NCBI GenBank assembly: GCA_040219255.1
Contig: JAVJSW010000002.1
Location: 1 to 64,000, forward strand
Reading direction: 5' to 3'
DNA length: 64,000 nt
Source of the DNA: Sumerlaeia bacterium
GTDB taxonomy: Bacteria > Sumerlaeota > Sumerlaeia > SLMS01 > JAHLLQ01
Part shown: positions 47,272 to 56,206 of the stretch, one piece after another
How positions within the stretch are numbered: the stretch's first letter is position 1
Layout of the letters: every line of letters starts with the position of its first letter
Notes under the pieces: generated by a model
The model's database searches: none
What the model was told of the DNA's origin: nothing
What the model saw: only the letters and a program-made list of their open reading frames with translations
Position numbers and translations under genes: made by a program

Positions 47272-49298
47272 TCGGGAGAGGCTTCTAAGGCCGGGGAAGT
47301 GGCAGTATCGCCTTCCCAGATCACGATGTCCATCCCTCTATGCGATGGCGCCTCGAACCTGAAAGGGGATTGCGGCGTGAAACACTCGGTTTCCAGCGCC
47401 TCGCCGCCACTGAGCGGGGACCAGAGGATTGCGCGAAGCGTCGTAGAACCCGGCGTGCAGGACGCGACGGTGAAGACGTCCGAAGGGGTGCGGGTGAAGG
47501 CTGGCTTGCGGCCGCGAGGCATAATCGCGGTGGCTGGCTGCCATGGGGAATTGAAGCCGGCGTGATCTTCCTTGTCCGGGCCCGTGGAAACGATGCGCGG
47601 CGGGTCGCTGTCCACGAGGAGGTAGCTATGCAAATGGCCCCGGATAAAGGGGTCCAGCGGCAGTCCTCCCTCAAGCCATCGCTGGCGCAGTTCCTCATAG
47701 GTTCCGCCCATGGGTTGGCCCTCCGGCGGAAAGGCCCATCGGGGTTCGAGCGTGATGCGCCTAGTGTATCGCTCTCGCAATTCGTCAGGGGGAGTGAACT
47801 CGGGATTTGATACGAGGCGCATGGGATCGGCCACGGAAATGACGGCTTCGTGGGGCGAAGCCGACTCGGTTCGCAATTCGGCTTGGTTGTCCAATGAGGG
47901 GTCCGGCAGGGGGCGATCCAGCAGCGGCACGGGGAAGACGGGGCCGTCGCCAAAGGTTGCCCCCTGAGCCAACGCATGGCGCACGGCAACGGCGGTGAGG
48001 AGCAAGCCGAGCCGGGCGTGAAGGGCCTGATCGCGCGCCAATTCCCGGGGCCTTAGATGAATCCAATGCGGCGAGAGGGACTCCTTTACCGCTCTGACGG
48101 TTGTCCGCGCGTAAGTGATTTGGCGGCTGGCGAGGAGCAGCTCGGACAGTTCGGGCCAGAGGTATTCCATCAGCGCCGCGTTGGGCGGCCCTTCGAGAAG
48201 CACGCGCTCCAGAGCGTCGAGGGCGGCGCCCTCGGCGGCCCTGGCGAAGCCTTCGTCAACCGCCGTCCGCGCGCCCTGTCCCGCCCGAAGCAGACCGAGC
48301 GCCAGGCGGGCTGCCTCCCGGGGCTCTCCCGCCAGGAGCCGCCGGTCGATCTCGACCTCGATCGAATCCATGTGGAGACGAAACGTCTCCAAGCTAATTG
48401 GCGAAGCGCCAAAAACATGGCGGGAGAGGAGAAAAGGTGAGGGCAGGCCGATGACGGCCTGACCGGTACGTAGAGATTCGGCCACCGCGAATAGCTCGTC
48501 GAGGGAATCGAAGCGCGGCCCGAGGAGGATGTCCCGCTCCGGCGGGATGAAATGGCTGTGATCGGTGGGGCTGGCCTGGGCGGCCAGAGCGCGATAGTAT
48601 GCGAGCGCCTGCTCGGCGAAGGGGCGCTCCGAGCCGGCGAGGCGCGGTTCAAGGCCCGCCAGCCGGTCGAGAAAAACCGTCGTCAGGTACACATCCCGAT
48701 CCGCCGCGAGAATCGTGGTGTCGAGCGCGAGGCACAGCAGGAACGGATCGTCCGGGTCGTCTTCGAGCATCTCCTCCACCAGAAGCGCGGCGGATCGCCA
48801 TTCGCGGGCGTCGAGGGCTTGGAGCACCGGGAGGACGCGCCTCACGTCGCGCACCGGAATCCAGATGTCCTGCAGTTCGTATTCCACCGCCGGGACCGAG
48901 AAGTTTGACTGCATACTCTCGACGCCACAGCCCGTCATGTCGAACTGGCCGTCTTTCCCTCTCCGCAGGTAGGTCGCGAGGGTGTAGTTGACAACGAACT
49001 GGTCGGGGAATTCCACGTCGACCAGCAAGACGCTGTGGCCACCGGCGCGTTCCATCCGTGCGGAGAAGCGTTGGGTGCCAAGGCTACCGCCGAGTTCCAC
49101 CGCCTCTTCGCCAGGCCAGAGCAGTTCGGCGCGGGGCATGCCACGCTCGATGCCGGAAACGCGCAGCAAAAGGCCGCCGCTCACGCGGTCGTAAACGACG
49201 CGGCGATCCACCAGGACGAAATGCCAAAGAAGCAGCACGGCAAGGATCGCTCCGCCGGTCCAGAGCGCCAGCCGGAAGCGGTCCCGTGGGCGCCTCAC
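47268..49298 (-). CDS. hypothetical membrane-anchored protein, paralog A
   Basis: N-terminal TM; RVVYDRVSGGLLLR.SGIERGMPR.ELLWPG etc. shared with 45178..47271; GTGA overlap with the kinase gene. Confidence 0.8.
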   Translation of the reverse strand: MRRPRDRFRLALWTGGAILAVLLLWHFVLVDRRVVYDRVSGGLLLRVSGIERGMPRAELLWPGEEAVELGGSLGTQRFSARMERAGGHSVLLVDVEFPDQFVVNYTLATYLRRGKDGQFDMTGCGVESMQSNFSVPAVEYELQDIWIPVRDVRRVLPVLQALDAREWRSAALLVEEMLEDDPDDPFLLCLALDTTILAADRDVYLTTVFLDRLAGLEPRLAGSERPFAEQALAYYRALAAQASPTDHSHFIPPERDILLGPRFDSLDELFAVAESLRTGQAVIGLPSPFLLSRHVFGASPISLETFRLHMDSIEVEIDRRLLAGEPREAARLALGLLRAGQGARTAVDEGFARAAEGAALDALERVLLEGPPNAALMEYLWPELSELLLASRQITYARTTVRAVKESLSPHWIHLRPRELARDQALHARLGLLLTAVAVRHALAQGATFGDGPVFPVPLLDRPLPDPSLDNQAELRTESASPHEAVISVADPMRLVSNPEFTPPDELRERYTRRITLEPRWAFPPEGQPMGGTYEELRQRWLEGGLPLDPFIRGHLHSYLLVDSDPPRIVSTGPDKEDHAGFNSPWQPATAIMPRGRKPAFTRTPSDVFTVASCTPGSTTLRAILWSPLSGGEALETECFTPQSPFRFEAPSHRGMDIVIWEGDTATSPALEASPE

Positions 49299-50797
49299 GC
49301 GTTTTCCTCCGCCACGGGGAAGGTCAGTGCGCAGGTGGTGCCGCCGTTGGCGGCGGGCCAGATGGCGATCGCTCCGCCGTGGGCTTCGACGATGCGGCGG
49401 GTGATGGCGAGGCCCAGACCCGTGCCGCCGTCGCGCCGGGTGAAGAACGGGTCGAAGGCGCGCTCCGCGTCTTCGGGGCTGATGCCGGGGCCGTTGTCGT
49501 GGACGGAAATCTCGACGGGGGCGCGGGGGCCGGGGAGCTGGCGCACGCGGACGCGCACGTGGGGCTGTCCGGAACCGGGCTCGTCATAGTGTTTCGTCAC
49601 GATCTGGCGGGCGTTCATCACCACGTTCAGGAGCGCCTGACGCACTTGATTGCGTTCGCCGAAGATCTCCGGCGTGCCCGATTCGATGTCCAGATCCGTC
49701 TTCACGCCGCCGCCGCCGGACTTTTCACCGAAGACAAAACGCATCACGTCGCTGGTGACTTCGGCGACGTTGAAGCGGCTCATTTCGCGGACTTCGGGAT
49801 TCGCGAAGTCCATCATGCGGCGCACGATGCGCTCGCAACGCTCGGCTTCCTGCCGGATGGTGGCGAAGTCCTCGCGGTCCGGGTCGTTGTCGTCCGAAGC
49901 GCGCTCCAGGTACTCCGCGTAGGTCTTGATGATGCCGATGGGGTTGTTGATTTCGTGGGCCACACCGGCAGTCAGTTCGCCCAGCGAGGCCAGCCCTTCC
50001 GCACGCACCAACCGCTCTCGGGCGCGCAGAACTTCGCTCTTTTGCTTGTTGAAGACATCGAGGATAAACGTTGCCAACATCAGCACCGCCCAGATCAGGG
50101 CGAGCCGCAGAGCGATGGCTTTGCTGGCGAGGGCGTCAAGGCCCTGGCCCTGCCAGACGACGGAGGCGACGAACAGAACGCTTAGAAGCGAAGCGACGGC
50201 GAGGTGCTCGATGGGCCGGCGAAAAAGCACAAAGCCCCGCATCACCAGCAGAAAATACAGGAAGTAGTAGTCCGAACCGCCAGGCGGGAGGGCTTCCAGA
50301 CCAACCGTCGATGGTCCGTAATTGAGGCCACGCAGCAGCGAGGGTTCCTTCGCATCCAGGTACACCACCGCCGTGATGAAGACCAGATCGATGATGTAGG
50401 ACCCCATGGCCACGGGGCGCATCTGGGCGATGGCGACGCGGTCGCGGGCGAAGAGGAAGTGCTCGCCCGCGGTGATGGCTCCGTAGATGATGAAGAGGGA
50501 GGCCGCCGCCGTGGAGGGTGCCAGCCAGTCGCGCCCCCAGAGCCAGGAGAACAGCACAACCGCGAGCATGCCCCACTTCATGGGCAGGATGGCGCGGGAC
50601 TCGGCCCAGCCAAGCCAGCGGGCGGTTTCGCGCTCGAGCGGCGACCCGGTGGCGGGGGCTTCGCCGGGGGGGCGGGTGGTGTCTGAGGAAGCGCGGGAAT
50701 CCCGCGGCGAGGAGGCGGACAAGGCTGGCACCGCTGCGCGGGTGGAGTGGAGAGGAGCATGGTCCTCCGGCGCGCGGAGGAAAAGGATATTCTTCAC
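49295..50797 (-). CDS. membrane sensor histidine kinase (NtrB/PilS-like)
   Basis: LTAGVAHEINNPIG, QALLNVVMNA, HDNGPGI, FDPFFT, GTGLGLAI; about 5-6 TM helices; start uncertain. Confidence 0.92.
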   Translation of the reverse strand: MKNILFLRAPEDHAPLHSTRAAVPALSASSPRDSRASSDTTRPPGEAPATGSPLERETARWLGWAESRAILPMKWGMLAVVLFSWLWGRDWLAPSTAAASLFIIYGAITAGEHFLFARDRVAIAQMRPVAMGSYIIDLVFITAVVYLDAKEPSLLRGLNYGPSTVGLEALPPGGSDYYFLYFLLVMRGFVLFRRPIEHLAVASLLSVLFVASVVWQGQGLDALASKAIALRLALIWAVLMLATFILDVFNKQKSEVLRARERLVRAEGLASLGELTAGVAHEINNPIGIIKTYAEYLERASDDNDPDREDFATIRQEAERCERIVRRMMDFANPEVREMSRFNVAEVTSDVMRFVFGEKSGGGGVKTDLDIESGTPEIFGERNQVRQALLNVVMNARQIVTKHYDEPGSGQPHVRVRVRQLPGPRAPVEISVHDNGPGISPEDAERAFDPFFTRRDGGTGLGLAITRRIVEAHGGAIAIWPAANGGTTCALTFPVAEENA

Positions 50798-50825
50798 CGC
50801 GAGAAAAAGGAGCGTCGAAATCGCC

Positions 50826-51206
50826 CTACGCGCCCGGTTTGGCCACGTTGTACTCTTCGTGGCTCAGGGCCTTCAGCGGCCGCAGACCTTCGCCATCGAG
50901 ACGGCACAGCAACCGGTAATCCCGAGTGATGGGAATGCTGACCACGGAGCGGTCGTGATTGAGTTTCTTGCCGCCGAGCGACCCCCAGAGGACACCGCCC
51001 TCCAATTGACCGAGGATTTCGCGCGCCTTGAGAACGACCGGTTTGGGCAACTTGCTCAGATCGACGGCGTCGGCCTCCAAGGAGGATTGCCAAGCCTCGC
51101 GCCTCTCCCGCCGCTCCGCCAGAGACTTTTCCTTTTCGGCGCATTGGTGGCAAAACTGACCATAGCCTGCGTGGCCGCAGGGAAAGGATTTCTTGCGTCG
51201 GGCCAT
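50826..51206 (-). CDS. small protein: N-terminal Cys/His zinc-binding motif plus RelE/ParE-like C-terminal domain
   Basis: CGH......CHQC; KKL..VVSIPITRDYRLL resembles RelE-fold beta strands; AAGGAG RBS. Confidence 0.65.
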   Translation of the reverse strand: MARRKKSFPCGHAGYGQFCHQCAEKEKSLAERRERREAWQSSLEADAVDLSKLPKPVVLKAREILGQLEGGVLWGSLGGKKLNHDRSVVSIPITRDYRLLCRLDGEGLRPLKALSHEEYNVAKPGA

Positions 51207-51307
51207 GCGCGGGCTCCTTTGTCGAAGAGGTGATTCGCCTCCGCCGGGGGGACGCTGAAGCCTGCCCGGCTGGGGGTGCTTAAGTCAAGAAGCGTGGTTG
51301 CGAGCCC

Positions 51308-53716
51308 TTACAAATAAAGGCCCGCCACCGGTGCGCGCGAGGGTTGCTCGGCGGGCGAGATGAACGTGAGCGCCGTTCCCACCGCCGCGATGGCGAAGCC
51401 CACACCGAAGACATGGCCGGTGGCGATGGCGGAGTGATCGATCAGCAGCGCCATGGGCTGGGCGAAAATCGTCAGGAAGGCCCCGAGGAAAGTCAGCCCG
51501 GGACCGATGAAAACATGGCGCCGGAAGCTGGTGGAGGCGAGGAACGCGCCCGCCAGGGCCGCCATCAGGTAAAACGTGAAGCGGATGCTGGAAGGGCCGT
51601 CGAGGCGGAAGATTTCCGTGGAGCGCAGCGGTAACTGGAGCGGCAGGACGTCGAGCAGAATCGCGTACAGCGCCAGAATGACGACGCCGCTGACCAGGCG
51701 GAGCACCCGGAAAAAGGCGTCCATGGGAAGAAGAAACGCGTTCTGCCTCTTGACGCGGATGCGGGTTGTGGATGGGCGGCGCTTGTTGCGGGCGGCGACG
51801 TCGAGCAGGATGCGCTCGGCGGCGAGCCGGCCCCGGCGCAACGCTTCCTCTTCATCGAAGCCCAGCGACAAGAGCCGGTCCGTTTCCGCGCGGATCAACT
51901 GCTGCTCTTCCTGGCGGCGGCGCTGGCGCAGAGCCACGCGCTCGAGCCAGCGCATCAGCGGCTCGCGCCATTGGGCATAGCCGTGGCCGCCACCCTGACC
52001 CGTCAGCGCGCGCTTCTGCCGAACGACGCGCAGGCCATCGTAGCCGAAGATCTCTTCGATGAAATGCTGCCCCCGATCGGAGGCGTCGAGGCTGGCGACG
52101 TATTCCCTCAGGGTGTCTTCCTCGACGCCGCGGGCGCGCTGGCGCTCGATCACGCGCAGGGCACGCTCTACGGGGCCACGCTGCTGGCGCGTCAGTTGCC
52201 GCACCGCCGTCAGTTCATAGCACCAGGCGATCACGCCACTGGCCAGGAACGTGAGCGCGAGCGGGAGCAAGAGGCCCGTGAGCGCGAGAATGGCGACACT
52301 GGTCAAAACGACCGCGAGAATCAACGCCTGGCTTTGCCAGCGCGCGTTGAGCAGCGCGGTGCGGGCTTTCTGGTAAAGCGAGCCGTTGGTCAGGTATTCG
52401 TGCAGGAGACTGTGAACGAGCGGCAGGGCGCAAAGAATGGCGAGAAACCAAAGTCCGGCGGTCCAAATTTTCATCGCGAGGAGAAAGAGCGCCACGAGCA
52501 GCGCGATGGCCACGAAGGTGCGCGACAGGAGCCGGGTGCTGGCGAGGGCGGGAGCGGTGGCGAAAGCCGCCGCCTCGCGGCTCAGAGCGCGGCGAGCCTG
52601 CTCCTCGATGGTGTCCTCGACGGCGGCGGCGCCTTGCGGAGCGCCACCGCTGCCCATAAACGTCTCCAGTTCGCGAATGACCGTCGCCATATTCGCGTAG
52701 CGGCGGTCGGGATCCGATTCGAGCATCTTGCCGACGATGGCGGCGAGGTCGGAAGGGAGGCGCTCGCGCAGGAGGTGAAGCCGCTCCTCGCGGTGGGGCG
52801 GCAAGACGTCCACGGCGTATTCGCCGGTGCAGAGTTGAAAAAGTGTGCAACCGAGGCTGTACTGATCGGCGCGGCCGTCGACGCGGGCGGCGTCGCGCGC
52901 CTGCTCCGGCGCCATATAGGCCGGGGTGCCCATGGCGGCTTCGCCGGGGGTCAGATCGCCGTGCATGGCGCGGAGGCGGGCGAGGGCTTCCGGCGGCATG
53001 GGAGGCGGAGTCAACTCGCGCGAGGAGGCGATGGCGGCCTTGGCCAAACCCATGTCGGCGATCTTGACCAGCCCGACTTCGTTCACCAGAAGGTTTCCGG
53101 GTTTGATGTCGCGGTGGACGATGCCGTGCTCGTGGGCATAGAGCAGGCCGCGGGCGGCTTGCAGACAGTAGTTGGCGGCTTCCCGGGGGGAAATGGCGCC
53201 GCGCGCGTCCAGGATGTCGCGCAGGCTCTGGCCCCGCACGTACTCCATGGAAATATAGCGCACCGGCCCCACGCCCGGGATCGCGGCGGTGCCGATATCG
53301 TGGACCTGAACGATGTTGTGGTGGACGAGCTTGGCGGCGGAAAGGGCTTCGCGGGTGAAACGGGCGATGAAATCCGGGTTGGCGGCGAGCTGGCCCGGCA
53401 GGATTTTCAAGGCGACATGGCGGTCGAGGTTCTGCTGGCGGGCGAGACAAACGGCCCCCATGCCACCGTGGCCTAGCATGCGCTCGACGCTGTAACCATT
53501 GAAGGAGTGACCGGTGAGATCGACTTCCGAAGCGCGGCTTTGGAGGAATTTTTTCTGGGCGTCGAGGACTTCCGAGTCCCGCTGATTGAGGGGCTTGGTG
53601 CTGGCGAACCAGGTGTTCTCCTGGGCGTCCAGGGATGCGCCGCGGGGCGCGCGGACGGAGGAGACAAAGGTGATGGGCGTCTCCGGGTCCCGGGTTTTCT
53701 GGTGCGTAGGAGCCAT
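51308..53716 (-). CDS. Hanks-type Ser/Thr protein kinase with polytopic membrane C-terminal region
   Basis: LGHGGMGAV, VALKIL, HRDIKPGN, DMG, GTPAYMAPE, DQYSLG; about 8 TM segments. Confidence 0.95.
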   Translation of the reverse strand: MAPTHQKTRDPETPITFVSSVRAPRGASLDAQENTWFASTKPLNQRDSEVLDAQKKFLQSRASEVDLTGHSFNGYSVERMLGHGGMGAVCLARQQNLDRHVALKILPGQLAANPDFIARFTREALSAAKLVHHNIVQVHDIGTAAIPGVGPVRYISMEYVRGQSLRDILDARGAISPREAANYCLQAARGLLYAHEHGIVHRDIKPGNLLVNEVGLVKIADMGLAKAAIASSRELTPPPMPPEALARLRAMHGDLTPGEAAMGTPAYMAPEQARDAARVDGRADQYSLGCTLFQLCTGEYAVDVLPPHREERLHLLRERLPSDLAAIVGKMLESDPDRRYANMATVIRELETFMGSGGAPQGAAAVEDTIEEQARRALSREAAAFATAPALASTRLLSRTFVAIALLVALFLLAMKIWTAGLWFLAILCALPLVHSLLHEYLTNGSLYQKARTALLNARWQSQALILAVVLTSVAILALTGLLLPLALTFLASGVIAWCYELTAVRQLTRQQRGPVERALRVIERQRARGVEEDTLREYVASLDASDRGQHFIEEIFGYDGLRVVRQKRALTGQGGGHGYAQWREPLMRWLERVALRQRRRQEEQQLIRAETDRLLSLGFDEEEALRRGRLAAERILLDVAARNKRRPSTTRIRVKRQNAFLLPMDAFFRVLRLVSGVVILALYAILLDVLPLQLPLRSTEIFRLDGPSSIRFTFYLMAALAGAFLASTSFRRHVFIGPGLTFLGAFLTIFAQPMALLIDHSAIATGHVFGVGFAIAAVGTALTFISPAEQPSRAPVAGLYL

Positions 53717-53884
53717 CGAATTCAGGCGCCGTCAGGGCGGAACAAACATCAGCGAATGAGACCCTCACTGGCGAGGGCTGGTTTTATTCAAAGAAGTTTG
53801 ACCCTGCAAGCGGTTATGGCAACCCGATGTACATTCACCACTTACTTTTGCGCTGGCGTGCCAGAACGGCACAGAAAATCCACG

Positions 53885-53905
53885 CGATTTCTGAACCAGA
53901 AATCG
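53885..53905. promoter_or_regulatory. perfect 9-bp dyad, candidate operator
   Basis: CGATTTCTG-AAC-CAGAAATCG in a divergent intergenic region. Confidence 0.35.
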
Positions 53906-54093
53906 GGCGCGGCTTTTGTGGCGGAAAAGACAAAGATTAAATGCGAAACGAAACCCCCGCTCATCGCCGGAGACCGCTCGCCCAGTTCTCAACGGTATCA
54001 GTGGCACCAACCCGCTCTTTTCTTACAAGAACGCCCATCGCCTGCGCCGACGCCAGAGGCCTGCCCGGTCGTGGCACCCTAATCCTTCAAGAA

Positions 54094-54391
54094 TTCACCG
54101 ATGAGACGCAGAGATGATTGGCGCTTCTGAAGTTAGCCGAAATCACCGGCGGGCCTCGGTTCCCGGCTGGATAACTGGAAAACGGCGGCCGATACTTTTG
54201 AAAAAGAAAATATCAATGCGGGAAAATGCCAGAATTGCCGCGACTTTATTTGTGTCTGGCAAGTATTCTGTCTTGGGACTCATTTGCATCCTTCTGATTT
54301 CGTTTGACTTGAAACAGACAACCCACTCTCCTAACTACACCTTTCAATTGATCTCTGTGGAACCTCTGTCCTCTTTGCCCTCAGTGGTGAA
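54094..54391. repeat. degenerate member of the inverted-repeat element family, AT-rich core
   Basis: Left TTCACCGATGAGACGCAGAGA; right CTCTGTGGAACCTCTGTCCTCTTTGCCCTCAGTGGTGAA; same TTCACC...GGTGAA ends as the 24297 and 28472 elements. Confidence 0.6.
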
Positions 54392-54495
54392 GAATCGCGG
54401 TTGTGGCACGCGCCCCGCGTCTTCCCGTTGACCACTGCGGTGCCCTCGCTCATCAGCAGGGGCACGTTCCATCCTTCTTCCGGAGATCCGCTTTC

Positions 54496-56091
54496 ATGAC
54501 CACCGTACGACGCATCGCCCTGGGCACCGACCACGGTGGCTATGAAATCAAGCAACGGCTGGTGGAAGCCCTGGCGGCGATGGGTTTGCAGCCGATCGAC
54601 TGCGGGTCCCACACGCCCGATTCATGCGACTACCCGGTCTTCGCCAAGCGCGTCGCCGCTGCCGTTTCCGGCGGCGCGGCCGACATGGGCGTACTGCTTT
54701 GCAAGAGCGGCAACGGCATGGCGATCACCGCCAACCGGTTCGACAACGTCCGGGCCGGTTTGGCCGCCACGCCGCACGAAGCGGCCCTGACCCGCCAGCA
54801 CAACGCCTCGAACGTGCTGGTGCTCGGCGGCGAGGAACTCACATCCGACCCGGTGGAGATCGTGAAAGCGTTCCTCGACGCCGAGCCGGAGAGCGGCCGC
54901 CACGCCCGCCGCGTGGGGATGATCCGCGAACTCGATACGCTTTCGCGCTCCAAGGCGGGAACCCATAAGCTGCGCCGCGCCGAGGTCCAGCCCTGGCTCG
55001 ACGATCTTGGCGCGGAACTGATCGAGAGCGGAAGGCTGCAAGCGCTCGTGGAGGACGGCCACATCCTGGGCCTGACAAGCAACCCGAGCATCTTCCAGAA
55101 GTCCATCGCCGGCGGCAAAGCCAGCTACCCGCAGGCGCTGGAGGCGCTGCGCCAGAAGGGCGCGACCCGCACGGAAGCCTACGACGACCTGATCGGCCAC
55201 GACATCCGCCGCGCCTGTGACATTTTGCGCCCGCTCTACGACCTGAGCGAGGCGGACGAGGGCTTTGTGTCCCTCGAAGTTCCCCCCGCCCTGGCCCACG
55301 ACGCCGACGCGACGGTGGCCGAGGCGCAGCGGCTGCGCGCCCTGATCGACCGGCCGAACCTGATGATCAAGGTTCCCGGCACCGAGGCTGGGCTGCGCGC
55401 GTTCCGCCGCCTGATCGCCGACGGCGCCCATGTCAACGTGACACTGCTGTTCAGCGAAGCCCAGTACCGCGCCGTAGCGCGGGCCTATATGGACGGCCTG
55501 CGGGACCGCGCCACAGGCGGCCACCCGGTCCACCACGTCCGCAGCGTGGCCAGCGTGTTCGTCAGCCGCGTGGACGTGCTGGCGAACGGACTGATCGCCG
55601 AGAAGGCCAACTCCGCCAGCGACGCCGCGTACAAAGAACATCTTTGCGCCGCCCACAATCAGGTAGGCCTGGCCAACGCGCGCCGGGTGGACCGGGCCTT
55701 CCGCGAGCTGTTTTTCGAAGGCCCCGCGTTCGCCGACATGGCAAGCCTCGGCGCCGCGCCCCAGCGCCTCCTCTGGGCCAGCACCGGCGTCAAGGACGAC
55801 AGCCTCTCCCCCACCTTCTACGTGGAGAACCTGACGGGCCACTTCACAGTGAACACGATGCCCATGGACACGCTGGAGGCAGCCATCGCGTCGCACGACA
55901 TCACGCCGGGCCTGATTTCCGCTGCGGGCCAGGCGGCAGAGGGTTTGCTTGCGATTCCCCCGGACCGCGGCGGCCTGGCCCTGGAGGCCATGGGACAGCA
56001 ATTGCAGGACGAAGGCCTGAAAAAATTCGCCGACGCCTTCGACGGGCTGATGGCGACGCTGGACAAGAAGCTGGCCGGAGCGGTCCACTGA
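54496..56091 (+). CDS. rpiB-tal: ribose-5-phosphate isomerase B - transaldolase fusion
   Basis: RpiB: GTDHGG, DYP, CKSGNG, HNASNVL, GRHARRV. Transaldolase: WLDD, GLTSNPSIF, VSLEV, NLMIKVP, NVTLLFS, FVSRVD, LWASTG. Confidence 0.93.
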   Translation: MTTVRRIALGTDHGGYEIKQRLVEALAAMGLQPIDCGSHTPDSCDYPVFAKRVAAAVSGGAADMGVLLCKSGNGMAITANRFDNVRAGLAATPHEAALTRQHNASNVLVLGGEELTSDPVEIVKAFLDAEPESGRHARRVGMIRELDTLSRSKAGTHKLRRAEVQPWLDDLGAELIESGRLQALVEDGHILGLTSNPSIFQKSIAGGKASYPQALEALRQKGATRTEAYDDLIGHDIRRACDILRPLYDLSEADEGFVSLEVPPALAHDADATVAEAQRLRALIDRPNLMIKVPGTEAGLRAFRRLIADGAHVNVTLLFSEAQYRAVARAYMDGLRDRATGGHPVHHVRSVASVFVSRVDVLANGLIAEKANSASDAAYKEHLCAAHNQVGLANARRVDRAFRELFFEGPAFADMASLGAAPQRLLWASTGVKDDSLSPTFYVENLTGHFTVNTMPMDTLEAAIASHDITPGLISAAGQAAEGLLAIPPDRGGLALEAMGQQLQDEGLKKFADAFDGLMATLDKKLAGAVH

Positions 56092-56206
56092 ATCCGCATC
56101 GCGTTTGTGCGTTGTGCCGCCCCCGGCCAAACCCCAGGCTGCCTTTTGAATTCCTGATACAGGGGCCGCATCGGACCCCAATTTCTCCCCCCTGGAGATC
56201 CCACGA

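Noticed and set aside
54404-54418. Possible sigma-54 promoter TGGCACG-N4-CCGC upstream of rpiB-tal
   Set aside because: GG-N10-GC spacing holds but the -12 element lacks TT; too weak in GC-rich DNA.
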